A stretch of 50,765 nt of DNA, filler included, from Catajapyx aquilonaris (Eukaryota), in assembly GCA_000934665.2 (NCBI GenBank). It is 2 parts of 2 records of this genome, joined end to end, with 100 filler letters (N's around TTAATTAATTAA, not from the genome) between each part and the next. Parts side by side here need not be neighbours in the genome. Positions count along the whole stretch, not along the records: positions 1 to 25,319 come from JYFJ02005389.1; 1 more part is not named here. One strand, written 5' to 3'. A program made the position numbers and the translations under genes. This document shows positions 12,780 to 24,805 of this stretch, piece after piece (within the stretch, counting starts at the first letter, position 1; every line of letters starts with the position of its first letter). The notes below the pieces were generated by a model that did no database searches, had not been told where the DNA came from, and was given only the letters and a program-made list of their open reading frames with translations.

Positions 12780-15693
12780 TCAGAGGAAGTAGAGGGTGTC
12801 GCTGAGGTGTTCGTGCACGTTGGAGTGGATGTACTCCCCGACAAGGTAGGCCAGCTTGTGGGCGTACTGGCAGGGGGCAGGGACATGGACGGTGCCGCTC
12901 CAGTTGAAGTACAGGTGGCACAACTTGTAGGTGAGGAGCTGGATCTTGTCAGGCCCCAGGTTCAATGTGTTGTGGATGATGGAGTAGCTGGTGGGGGCCA
13001 CGGTGCCCTGTCTGACAGACTGGGAGATGAGATAGAAGTCGTACCTCTCCGGAAGGGTGATGTCGTCGTCCACTATGGTCCCTGGGAAGGGGTTGCCTGC
13101 CTGGGCGGTCATGATCCTCGTGTTCAGCCTCTTGTTCACTATCACGAAGCCAAACTTGCACTCTTGCTCCGTGGGGCCGTACATCCTGGTCAGGGCTGCC
13201 AGGATCTGGGACAGCTCGTATTTGCAGACATAGCCAACCTATATACAGAAAAGAAGAAGAAGAAGAAGTGTTAAGTGTCAACACCTCAGAGAGCCATACC
13301 CAAGACTCGTACCTGGCCTTCCCCAACTCCATCACGGTAGAGGATGACAAAACTGGGCAGCCTTCCGTTGGCCTGCTTGTACTTCTGGAGAGCCTGGACC
13401 ATGTTGTTGGAGATGAAGTTGGAGACTTCCTCTTGGTGCGAGTGGATGGCCACGGTGCTGTAGTAGCGGGTGAAGACGGTGTTCGTGGAGGCCACAAGGG
13501 CTCCCACTGAGGTCCCCTTCTGGGCCGTGTTGGGGTAGACGTCGAAGCCCACCACCATGCAGCTCCTCAGGGGGATGTCTGCGGACCAGGGCTCCCCTCC
13601 CAGCTTGCAGTTGATCTGGATGGCTATCTGGGTGGCGATGGACATGAGGCCCTTGGACGAGAGGTTGTGGGCCACCACCACCTGGGAGGCTATCCCCTGC
13701 TCCACGTAGCACCTCTTCTTGACCGCCCCGTACACGTCCTTCCTGTTGGTGGCCAGCACCACCATCACCATCTGGGGGTTGCACTGGATGCAGGCCTTGT
13801 CTATGGCCCTGATGTAGTTCTGCGGCCTCACGTCCGGAAGGAACTCCACCAGAGGGTAGGCCATGGGCATGCTCATCCCGGAGGCCGCGTCCTGCAAGGT
13901 CCTGAGGAAGGGGCCCAGCTCTGCCCTGTTGCGGGCAGGGGCGATGACGACCCAGTTGTGCAGGTTGACCACCTTGAGCATGGAGTTCCTCCTCAGGGCG
14001 CTGGTCCAGTCCGCCTGGATCCCTCCGTTGACCCTCCTGCCCTGCCCCAGCGCGATGGTCTCTGGTTCCAGCTGGCGACCATTGAGCTTGATGAGGTGGT
14101 TCCCAAAGTCCACGTCCAGCTTGCCCAGCTCCTCCATGCAACGGGGCTCGCTGTGGATGCGGCTCATGAACCTCTGGAGGACCTGGACCTTCTTGTCCGG
14201 GGTCTGGTGGGTGTGCTGCCCTACGGCCTTCATCAGCTTGAAGTTCTCCCTCATGGACTGGTCCAGCCCCGTCATGACGCACAGCTCGGGCACCAGGTAG
14301 ACGCACTCCACCTCCCCCCTGTGGACGTCCTTCTTCCTCGGCCTGGAAACCAGCAGGGGCTGCCCCATCTCCGTCACCCTCTCGTTGTAGCGGCTGAAGT
14401 AGTACTCCACGTAGGTGGTGGCCTTGTCCCTCATCATGAACGTGTCCGATGGGCACTTTTCCCAGTCGATGTCGTCGATGCGGTACGTCTTGGAGTTGTA
14501 CTTGGTCATGACGATGGTCCCCAAGAGGGCCTCTGCCGCCAGCTTCTGGTAGTTGTTCCTGTCCCTGTTGTACAGGGTGTGCAGCTGCTTGAGGACCGTG
14601 TCCCTCCTGAGCACCTTGTGGTGGATCTCTGCGCAGAGCAAGAGCTGGTTCTCGTGCTGGCGGATGGAGGTCAGGTATCCGGGCCATATCTCCAGGTCGA
14701 ACTCTGGTATGGAGATGGAGGCGTGCCGGTCGTAGTAGTGCCTCTGGACCATCTCCAGCTGGAGGTGGGACATGGTCTTGCGCAGAAGGGTGTTGAACAG
14801 CTGCAGGTACACGTGATTGTCCAAGGCCATGACCTCCCCTACCAGACGCACCTTCACCTTCACCTTGGCCTTGTCCATGGCCCTCTCCACCGTGGTCTCC
14901 AGCCTCCCTCCCTCCAGCCTGCGGATCATGTACATCACGCTCCCGTCGAAGACGAAGTGGCCTCCAATCACTTCCTCCAAGTTGTGCAGCATCCCCTTCC
15001 GGACAGCCACCCTGTCCTCGTCCGGCTCAAAGTCCACCCGGTACTGCAACAGGGTCCAGTCCCACCACTTGCTGGTCACCTCGAAGTAGTTGGCGATCAG
15101 GTTGGTGGGTCTCCCAGCCGTCCCCTGCTTGGTGTTGGCCGCGCTCTCTGGCCTGGTGCGAACCACCGTCTCCTCTCTCTGCTGGATGTCCCTGCTCCAG
15201 TGGGCCAGGGCTGATGACCGGTAGCCACCTCGACCCACCAGGACCTCCTCTCCAGGATCGTCATCTGCAACAAACAACACCATTTATTGTCTTATTGTAA
15301 TAAATTGTTCTCTCTCTAGCTGCAATGTCCGAAAAGGGACTGACCTTCGGATCCATCTCCTCCACCATTTCCCTTCTTGACCTCCATCCTACGGAGTGAT
15401 TCGGTGACTGCCTCCACTCCGCCAGGGTTAATATGGTCCTTGGAGGGCACCAACGATGACCTCCCCCTTCCCACGATGAAGCCAGCAGGGGTCAGGGTGT
15501 CCTGCTGCAGACCACTGGATGGTACCGGGGCACCTCCTCCTCCAAGTGGTGGTGGTGGGCAAGCAGCACCAGCACCAAGAGCAGCATCAGGCCGATGTGA
15601 AGGACCCTCCTCCAAGAAGGGACGGCCCCTGCCTCTGCCCCTGGCCCTGCCCCTGGCCCTGCCCAGGGGTCGAGCTGTCTCAGGGTTGTCCAT
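12780..15693 (-). CDS. piwi: Piwi/Aubergine-clade PIWI protein, 919 aa; exons 15345-15693, 13313-15264, 12780-13238
   Basis: GT-AG introns of 80 bp (15265-15344, phase 1) and 74 bp (13239-13312, phase 0) join 349+1952+459 = 2760 bp in frame. N-terminal GRARGRARGRGRG motif; PAZ (YNSKTYRIDDIDW, QPLLV, LVPELC); MID (YGAVKK, SQVV, QINCKLGG); PIWI catalytic GFDV / E / YRDGV / YAHKLA; C-terminal LYFL. Confidence 0.96.
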
Positions 15694-16253
15694 CTTGCGT
15701 CAAACCTTTCTGCAACATGATAAATATATGCCATTTGTCAACCGAGATGCTAGGCATTGGTGGAGGAAGACGTGGAACCATCCAAGTTGGCATAGTCAAT
15801 TCGATTTTAGCATAAAATTTAAACCAACTTATCTTCATGGAAATAATGTTCATTGCGCCTTTTGTCTGATGTGATTAAAGTGCACAATCTGTATTGCGTT
15901 ATGAGTATGACTCTCCACCTGTATGCCTCATAACAACCAAGACATACATTTCCCTAAATGTTCACCATCCACAGCAGGTGACCCAGCCGGTTTCGAATCC
16001 GGCGCACTTTTTGGTTGGTTATGCGCAATGTTGCCAACAGAGATCGTCCATCATCCGAAATAATTTCCTCTAAATTGACGGACTTGTTCTGTTGGCTCCA
16101 CCACCAGATGAGCAGCAACACCGTTCGTGGCCAGTCGGTTGGCTCCCCTGGCACAACAAAGTACACCCCCTCCCCTCCCCTCCCCCTCTCCCCCCCACTA
16201 CCTACAACCATTGGCACCCCTGATTCCGAGTAAACAAACTGTTGCGGCGGGAT

Positions 16254-18166
16254 GCCGGTATCCTTTCTGTCGACAGCCGTGAAGTTAACATTTCTTCCGC
16301 CTGGCGGCGCTGGAGGCCAAAGGGACCCCGCAAGGCGCGCTGCTCAAGTGGATGGTGACAATAGGCAGAGAGGGGCGACCACGGGTGGCCCACGTTGCTG
16401 GCACAGCGGGGGGCGGGGGGGGCGGGGAGGATTCCAGTATTTTACATGCCCAGGATGTCTGCTAGCCCTAAGGTCAGCATCCCAGAGGAATCAGACGTAA
16501 TGCCAGGGTCAAGGTTTGCACTCCAGACGTTCATCTAGACTAGAGTCTTCCTTATTACCAAGAGCTCTAACTTGTTATTACTTATTACTTATTTTTAATT
16601 ACTGGGTTCAGCCATGTTAAAAAGCAGGACCAACTCGAGTGCATACTTTGCATTCCAAGGCTCAGTTTGGAGTGCAGACTTCAAAGTAACAATAACAACA
16701 ATAATTTTGGAGTGCAAATAGCACCTTATTTGCATCCAAATATTTCGACCCATGTATTGTGAGCCCAATAATAACTAGCATTTGGGCTGCTTCCAACACC
16801 CTTTTTACTATCCTTTCCTATTAATTTGAAATTGGAGGATTTAGATTTCTTCTTCCACCTCCTCCTTTGTTGAAGTAGTAGTTATATGACTTATCATTAC
16901 ACTCTTCCTGAAATGCTTTCTTACAGTAGTGAATGATTCAAGGTTAAACTGGTTTCCATTCTTGTGTAGGTTCGACAACTTGTGAGTGGCAGGGTGCACA
17001 GGGGTGCGATTATGCAAGGTGAGCCACAGAGGGAACCTAGAGTGGGAACAAGTCCCATTTACTAACACTGGGTCACCATGGGGTTTACAAAGTAAGCTTC
17101 GAAGTATTGAACCCTGCTTTTTCTGCTGCAGCCGTTGGCCAGGTACCAGCCAACACTGGTCCAGCAGTTGTATGCACTGTGGGATCTACTAGTGCAGGGC
17201 AGCTAGGGCAAACTTCGGTACTGTATGTTCAAAACATAAATTATTGTCTGTTGCAGTGGATTGAGTGGCTACGCCTGAAAGGTGCATCTGCTGGTTGAAG
17301 AACTCCAACACCTCGTACTAATTTATTTATTTTTAATTAGCATAGGCCTATGCCAGGCTCATTCCATTTCCATTATTTTGTCAGCATACTTTTACCTCAG
17401 TCACTTCAGCAGAAATGTTTTGAACATACAGAAGTCTGCCCTGCCCTGCACTAGTGGATCCACAGTGCATACAACTGCTGCTGGACCAGTGTTGCCTGGC
17501 CAACGGCTGCAGCAGAAAAAGCAGGGTTCAATATTTCGAATCTTACTTTGTAAACCCCATGGTGACCCATTGTTAGTAAGTGGGACTTGTTCCCGCCCTA
17601 GGTTCCCTCTGTGGCTCACCTTGCATAATCGCACCCCTGTGCACCCTGCCACCGTCCGACCCCACTGACAAGTTGTCGAACCTACACAAGACGAATGGAA
17701 ACCAGTTTAACCTTGAATCATTCACTACTGTAAGAAAGCATCTCAAGAGGAGTGTAGTGATAAGTCATAACGACTACTTCAACAAAGGAGGAAGGCACTC
17801 TAGATGAAAGTCTGGAGTGTAAACTTTGTCCCTGGCATTACCTCTAATCCCTCTGGGATGCTGGCCTTTGGACTAGCAGCAAGAGTAAATAATTATTTAC
17901 TCTTGCTAGCAGACATCCCGGAATTTTCCCCTCCACTGTGCCAGCAACGTGGGCCGCCCGGCTCTCCGGCCTATTGCCTATTGCCTATGTGTGCCTATTG
18001 TCGCCTTATGCGCCTATTGTTGCCTATTGTTGCCTTATGTGCCTATTGCCGATCGCACTTGAGCGCAGCCCGCCATCTGCCGCCATCGCCGTCCGTCCCG
18101 CAGGCCGGCAGCGCCGCCAGGCGGCTGGCCGGGAACTTCACGGCTGTCGACAGAAAGGATACCGGC
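16254..18166. mobile_element. Foldback / Mutator-like non-autonomous element with very long TIRs and 9-bp TSD
   Basis: Termini GCCGGTATCCTTTCTGTCGACAGCCGTGAAGTT / AACTTCACGGCTGTCGACAGAAAGGATACCGGC. Direct repeat CGGCGGGAT at 16245-16253 and 18167-18175. Arms pair 16254-16545 with ~17800-18166 and ~16860-17237 with ~17413-17790; spacer ~175 bp; ~310-bp extra segment in the left arm. Confidence 0.88.
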
Positions 18167-18380
18167 CGGCGGGATAAACAAATTCTCCCCATTCCAGCTG
18201 ACTAACCCACCAGTCCTCCCCAGGGTCACCTCCATGAGTGCCTCCCCCACCTAGACCTAGGTTAGGGTGGGGGAGGCAACCATGTAGGGGACCCTGGTCC
18301 TCCCAACCTAAAAATGCCCAAATTTTCACAACAATCGCCCATTGAATTGAAGTGATGCAAAACCCTACATCGAATGTAAA

Positions 18381-18440
18381 ACAAATCATGCATTTCCCGA
18401 GAAACCATTGTTATTGTTTCTCGGGAAATGCATGATTTGT
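18381..18440. repeat. 60-nt hairpin, perfect 25-bp stem, 10-nt loop
   Basis: ACAAATCATGCATTTCCCGAGAAAC - CATTGTTATT - GTTTCTCGGGAAATGCATGATTTGT. Confidence 0.85.
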
Positions 18441-19742
18441 CATCCTTGTCCTCCTCCCCAAGCAAACCTCTTGAGGATAAACGATGGACCACCTCCAAAG
18501 ACAGACGTCCGAACAGCAACGACCTCCCTGGACGACTGATTGTTGACAAGTGATTGTTGATTACAATGGACCTGTTTGGGGGTGGGGGTTACCCTTGGCA
18601 ACCAAAACAAAAGACGAGCCGATCGCAAGCTGCCATTTTGTTGTTTGGAACACCAATGGTGCCAATAATAATCCACCCCTCCCCCCCCCCACTCCCCCAC
18701 CTTAGTTGACAAACCACTGACAATGTAGCCATTGTTTGGAACACTCCTCCCGTTGCCAAGGGAGACCGCTGCATCCAAGATGATGGATCAAAAAAACAAT
18801 GGTTCCATTTTTTTTTTTGACCCCTTGACGCCATAAAGTGGACCTGGTTCGGAACCGGTGTCCTATACATGTCCAGATGTCCTGCGTAATGGCCCCCCAT
18901 TGTTTTGAGATAATTCGAAGGCGTCAAGCATAAACAATTTCCCCTCCTCTCAGAAGCAGCGTAAATACGATTTTTTAAAAAATAAATAAAACGCAATTAA
19001 AATGAGTGGTAAGCACGCACCTTATGGTTGATGCAGACCACGTACACCTGCTGTCTATGCGGGGCACGACGACGGGTCTGGAGGACACAGCTAGAAGAAG
19101 TGGGGATAAACAGTCGGCCAGGTATAGAGAGGAAGAGCTCTTTTCACGTCCGAACTGGGCCGCTCTCAGACCACGACTGCTGCCAAACTGTTCCATTGTT
19201 GGGTTGAGGTCGATGGAAGGGGGAGTCTCCCAATTGGTCCTCCAGCCTCCTGCCCCGCCCACTCACATCGAGATGGGCCAATCAAAAAGTTTGTTTATAG
19301 AACGGAACAGGGTGGCCAACCTCTGGAGACGTTCGAATTGGTTGTTTACAACAGTGGGCAGGGTTGCCAATATGACAATGGAAACCATGGGAACCCGAAT
19401 GTTGCTCCTTTTCCCCATTAAAAAAAATGAGAATAATTAGAACGCCGAGTAATTGCTGCAATTAATTGGTGTGTATGCGTATCCCATTGCGTAACAATTT
19501 AACCAAGCAGTTCATTCCATTGGACCATTGAGCAGAGGCTGTCACTGTCACTTGAATAGTGCATAGCGACATGAGATGCTCCGTTTGAAAGCAGTACTTA
19601 CTCTCAGTGCGACATGTTGCCATTGACATCCGATATGACATGTGTCCAACAGGACCATTAGGCTGAGGCAATGACAACGCACAATGACAAGAACTTTAGG
19701 AGCAGTGCCAGTGCAGCAAGACTGCTCTAATGAATTCCAACA

Positions 19743-21611
19743 ATGACCATCTTCGTATACACTGTATTGTTGGTACAATTAGTGTCCGCCATCGTCGAAT
19801 TGCACCCCACAAATTCAGCAGGAGACGGAACAATGCTTCGGTTTGTGGCCGGTTCATGTCTGACCAACTGATCGTGGACACCCAGTGCCCTCTTGTGGTA
19901 ACCCACGATGTTCGAGGCCCTTCTCCGGCTCATCTTCACCACCGTCTTGCCAACATGTCCAGGGTGGGAAGGCCTCTTGTTGTGGAACAATCGGGCATTC
20001 GAACCACTTATTGGAACTGTTCTAATTTCGGACCGATTGGACCGAACAGACTTGAGTTGAAACCTGATGTGAAGAGAAGCAAGTGCGTCATGTTTTTAAT
20101 CACAACATGTGCTCGAAACTACAAAGAAGTCTGAAAGAAGTCCTGCGGGACAACATTTTGAGCGAAGAGAGGTCAATGCTGGTGGCCAAAACAGCTCGAG
20201 ATAATTTTTTCTTCTGGATCCGTGACTCACATGTTGACCACATGTTGCTTGAACACCCTGTAAACAAGATCAAGTACAAGTCACTCCTCATTCTTGATCA
20301 CACAAAAATCCAGGTCAAGTCAGCCTGTTTCTTCTGCAACGAAGGACATCCGGCCATTCAAATCCTCAATGGTCAATTGTTCAAAGATTGGTGCACAAAT
20401 TTCAGAGGCAAGTTCCTCCGTGGAGTGTACGACCAACGTAACTACCAGGCCACACGATGTACCCAGAATGATTACCCAAGCATGTGCTTCGTGTCCGATG
20501 CCCTCAACTTCAAATGGAATGTCACTTCGCCTAGGTGTTCAGAAACTTGAGCGTCATCCTCCATTATCTGCATGCCTTTCAGACTGGGAAACTGGACTTC
20601 GTACCTGACTTTGCCCAGCTGGAATACACCTTTGATGACTTCGACTTTGCTACTCCGTACGAGAACAGCCGGATAACATTTATGGCAAGGAAACCTCGTA
20701 GGATCCGGAATCTGTTCATGTTCATATCACCTTATCAGCTGATGCCATGGATCATGATCATTGTTTCTATCGTCATCTCCAGCCTGTTTCTTGTCCTTCT
20801 AAGGTTCAGACAGTACCGGACACTATTCTCGACAATTCAGTTTCTCTCCAGAGCTCTCCTGGAACAATACCCTAGTAGAACACCTGAAGTGCCTGAATTC
20901 CGCATGTTCTTCTCAATGTGGTGCTTCTTCGTTCTGATCATCGGAACAGGTTACAAAAGTAAGCTCTTCGACATCCTGACATTCCCACCTAAAGAAGTGG
21001 TGCCCACCACCATACTGGAGCTCCTGGAATCGCAATACTCCAGAATAGTTTACGACCAGACTTACCTAGCCTTGGTGGCCAACGTGGACAGAAACACTGA
21101 AGACAAATATTACGAATTGTTGAGTCGTATGATTCCAGCCACCTTGAATGAGATGGACATATGTAGCCAATATGTTCTTGACAACGATTCTGTTTGTGTG
21201 CACACAGACGAATTTTTGCAGAAGATTATGAGTAACTCGGAGGCCTTTCATATCGTCTGATTCGCTGACCATGTATCATACTACTGTTCTCTGGCTGTTC
21301 CCAAAGGTGACGTTTGCGCTGATAATTTTAATTTTTATTCGCAATTGTACTACAATATTATTGGCCTCAAAACTAAGCAGGATCGATTTAACCAGTATTT
21401 GGATATGATTAACGCTGCCAAATTTGAATGGATGAACAGTTTTGTAGACGAGGGTAATTGTGAAGCGTTTTCGCTTAATCGTTTGGGCCAGGAATTTTCG
21501 ATTCTTTTTGGCGGATTTATTCTGAGTGTCGGCGTCTCGCTAGCAGAACATCTCGTATGCAAATATAGCATCTGTGTACCTACATGTAGCCATTGTACAA
21601 TTAATACTTAA
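19743..21611 (+). pseudogene. Intronless divergent ionotropic receptor (IR), disrupted by ~3 frameshifts and one in-frame TGA
   Basis: Signal-peptide-like MTIFVYTVLLVQLVSA at 19743; CFFC...LFKDWCTNFRGKFLR; ALNFKW; S1 end TPYENSRITFMARKP; SPYQLMPWIMIIVS (TM1); RALLEQ (pore); RMFFSMWCFFVLIIGTGYKSKLFDILTFP (TM2); final TM FSLNRLGQEFSILFGGFILS. ORFs 20535-21260 and 21345-21611 share a frame across TGA 21258-21260. Confidence 0.85.
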
Positions 21612-24538
21612 GAGCCACATGTTAATGCGCAAAAAATTGTAACTTTGATCTATTCCATACATTTCGACATCTTTGTCACTTATAGTTCGTAATAAACACT
21701 TGTAAGGATAGTTGAAAAAATAGGCAAAATCAGTGCCAACAAAAACGTTAAACATACTTTTTTTTGGTCAGTCTATCTTGTACGCGAATGTACAGTACAA
21801 TAATGCAAAACCACAACTTAATGTTCTCAGAGTAGGTCTATTTACATTTTTCTTGATTGTAATTACTGATCATATGTAAATGTACCTGTTAAAGGTCCAA
21901 TTGTTTCACCTATCTGCCCTACTTTTTTTAAATTTTCCCTGTAAAGCAGCAGAAGAAGAAATACACTGGAAAATTTTATGCAAATTTAAATGCAGAATTA
22001 CATAAGCAAAAATGAGCTAAATTGAATTTTCACTCTCTCAAGAAGAGGAAACATTTTTCAAAAAGCTCACCAATCCTCTTGCGCACTGGAAGAGACAAAA
22101 ACAAACGCAAACATCGCATCCCGAGTTTTGATGGTGACCATAAACATCCGAATTTAATGAATCTTTAAATTTAATTGACATGACATATAAATAGGAAATT
22201 ATTCAGAGCAATTGAACTGAATAATTAAGAATCAGCAGTTTCAAGAACTTAAATTAAAATCAGTATAATTGGTGATTGAAGGTACTGTAAACTATGCAAA
22301 TGGGGGATATAATTGACTGTAAATTATTGAAAGTAATTACAGCCTGATTGCAAATTGAATTTGAAGTAATGCGTAATTTAGTTTCAGAGTGAACGGTCAC
22401 CATCACAGACCTGCTACTCAACTGACACCTAGCAAAAAATCAATGCAATTATCTTTCAAATCATTTCAAATTATTTCAGCGCAAGAAAATTTTAATCCAA
22501 ATTTTACACTTTTTTCTGCCAAAATGACTGCTTTAAAATTCCTGACATCTGAACGGTGATGAGCTGATATGGTACCTCGTGTTTAAAGTTGAAAGATAAG
22601 ACACTATGCGATGGCAAACTCGTATATGGTTCAGAGCGCGTAAGGCACTGCAGCATTATGGTCTGACTATACTTTTGTGACTTTTTTGGAACTTTTCATT
22701 ACTAAAAATGACAGTAAGGGAGAATGTCAAAATTGCAGTTGCTCCTTAAAAGAGAACATTCTGACGATTCAGAAAAAATATATAATCAAACTGCAGATGT
22801 AATTACTGTGGGTCATGTGACGATGTGAACTTGGAAAATTTCTTAAGTGGCCCATAACTGTATGGTTTACCCTAATATCAGGCTTCCAGTCCTCATAAAG
22901 AAAATTAATTAAGAAACTTGCCATGTGCTAAATTGTTATTAATTTTTTCAAGTAGAGCTATCATATAGAACTAGAATCTAGTGCATTACAGGGATGCTTA
23001 GTTATTTTTTATGCAAATATGGAGTAGGTTTTTCATCCTTCTGTTAAGTCTTTGTCGGCAACCTGCTTTTGCTAGTTGAAATTCTTCAATAAGCTTTCTC
23101 ATGGGTTTGCACCAAGTTAGAAGAAGGAAAACCCACCTCTTGCCTCAACTTTCACCTCTTCAAAGTTCTGATTGTGGAGCTTCACTCAAGTGAAAAATAT
23201 TCCATCATGAAAATCAGATGTCATTTGACACTTGTTGCTTCCCCATGATGCAGTTGCAGCAGCTGCTTACACTCTTCAATACTTTCTTCAGTGGCTTGCA
23301 CATGCTGAGTATCTGTGAAGCATAAGTCATGACAAGGCTTAAAAGTACAAAATAATATGAAGTGTGGTGGCAGTCTTAAAATTAGTGCGACATGGGCAGA
23401 CATACACTAATTTTGAGGTTCATGCTGCAACTATGAGCTTCACAACTAACCTCTTCTCCTAATGAGATCCTCAATAGCACCGACAACCATCCGATCCAGC
23501 TAAATCCGACAAACACTCAGCAATACATAGAACACTTCGACATCTAGAAAGACGCCATTTTGTGTGGCATGTTCTGACCGCCGTAACTTGAACCGTTTTA
23601 GAGATGCACTCGTGCGGCTGACACGTGCTGTTTTTAAAAAAATAAATGATTTTAATTGCGATATTTTTCACCAGTAAGTTTTTTGTCCCGAGTACTAATC
23701 ATTGCTCCAACAGTTTATAAACTACTATAAGATTTTCGCTCATTCGGCTCAACGGTCAACACCGTCCTGTCAACACTGAAGAACAGAGGCCTGTTGGAAT
23801 ATTGGTTGCAGCCGGGTTCAGCTCCCTCCTAAAGTTGATGCCAAAATCGAAACGAGGAGATGGTTGCGGGCTCGGCCGCCAGATGCGGAAGAGGCAACAT
23901 CTAGTCCTGTTTTTCTGGAAGCGCATATGGTCTTGCATTACTACTACGTTCATTTTTCTGCTAATATGTGACAGAAAAAACTGAAATTGGTGCCCGATGT
24001 GTCCTACTACATTCATTCAAATGTCGTATTGTATTCAACTACGATCTACCTTGGATCTACGGACTTGTCATGCCAAAAATAAATACCGTACCTTTCAGTA
24101 GCGGCGTTTCAGTTCCCGCCCCGCCGCCCACACGCGTACCAAGATGATGTGCTGTACATACGATATGAATTATGTCGTATATGTGATCCGGGCCCTTTTG
24201 AGTAAACTGAAAGAATTATTTGTTTATTACCTACTATTTGATAGACTTGATATCTGTTGATATACACACTGTACGCACTACTCAAGCTATTTTTGGTGAA
24301 TATTATGATCGCATGGTATAGACGGCGCGCGGCGGGAATTCTCTTTCCCGTCGATTCCACATCCATGTTCGCCCGTGTTCGCCTATATGAGATCATTTAC
24401 CAATCCACAATATAGACATCGTGACCAATCTGATGAAGAATGTCTCACATGTGACATCGGGTGCTCAGCACCTGGAATCAATTTCTCCGAAGATGGGCGG
24501 GCCGGAGGAAGTTAGAAATTCCCCGGGCTCCCAGAAGG

Positions 24539-24739
24539 TGTTGTAGTGTGGTAAGTAACAAGCACTTGAGATGTAATAATCACTGAGATGTATTAATCAC
24601 TACTTGATACACTTGGATATTGGCGGAGGGATGTGAGGGTGAGTGTGTCTGATCAGGAGGAGGTCTATTGTCTCACTCTGGATTGGTTTCTCCCTGGTGA
24701 TGCACAATCTTTCCCGCCAGGCGGCTCTGTACTACAACA
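24539..24739 (-). mobile_element. 3' LTR (201 bp) of a Gypsy/Ty3 retrotransposon
   Basis: TGTTGTAGT...ACTACAACA inverted termini; purine tract GAAAAGAAAAAA just 5' of it on the minus strand, ~65 bp after the pol stop. Confidence 0.85.
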
Positions 24740-24805
24740 TGTTTTTTCTTTTCAAAAAACAACAAAAACAAAGTCTGGATACATACTACAGGTGGCATCT
24801 TTCAA

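Noticed and set aside
13332..15214. Long overlapping ORFs (515 aa on +, 451 aa on - in another frame) across piwi
   Set aside because: Expected shadows of a GC3-rich coding exon; no recognisable domains.
12780..15693. Horizontal transfer or prokaryotic Argonaute explanation for the GC-rich gene
   Set aside because: Spliceosomal introns, an RG-rich N-terminus and animal PIWI-clade motifs indicate a normal metazoan Piwi.
23040..24016. Possible minus-strand gene or transposase remnant with a YY1-like motif at ~23553
   Set aside because: Stops in the frames examined and no motif I can assign.
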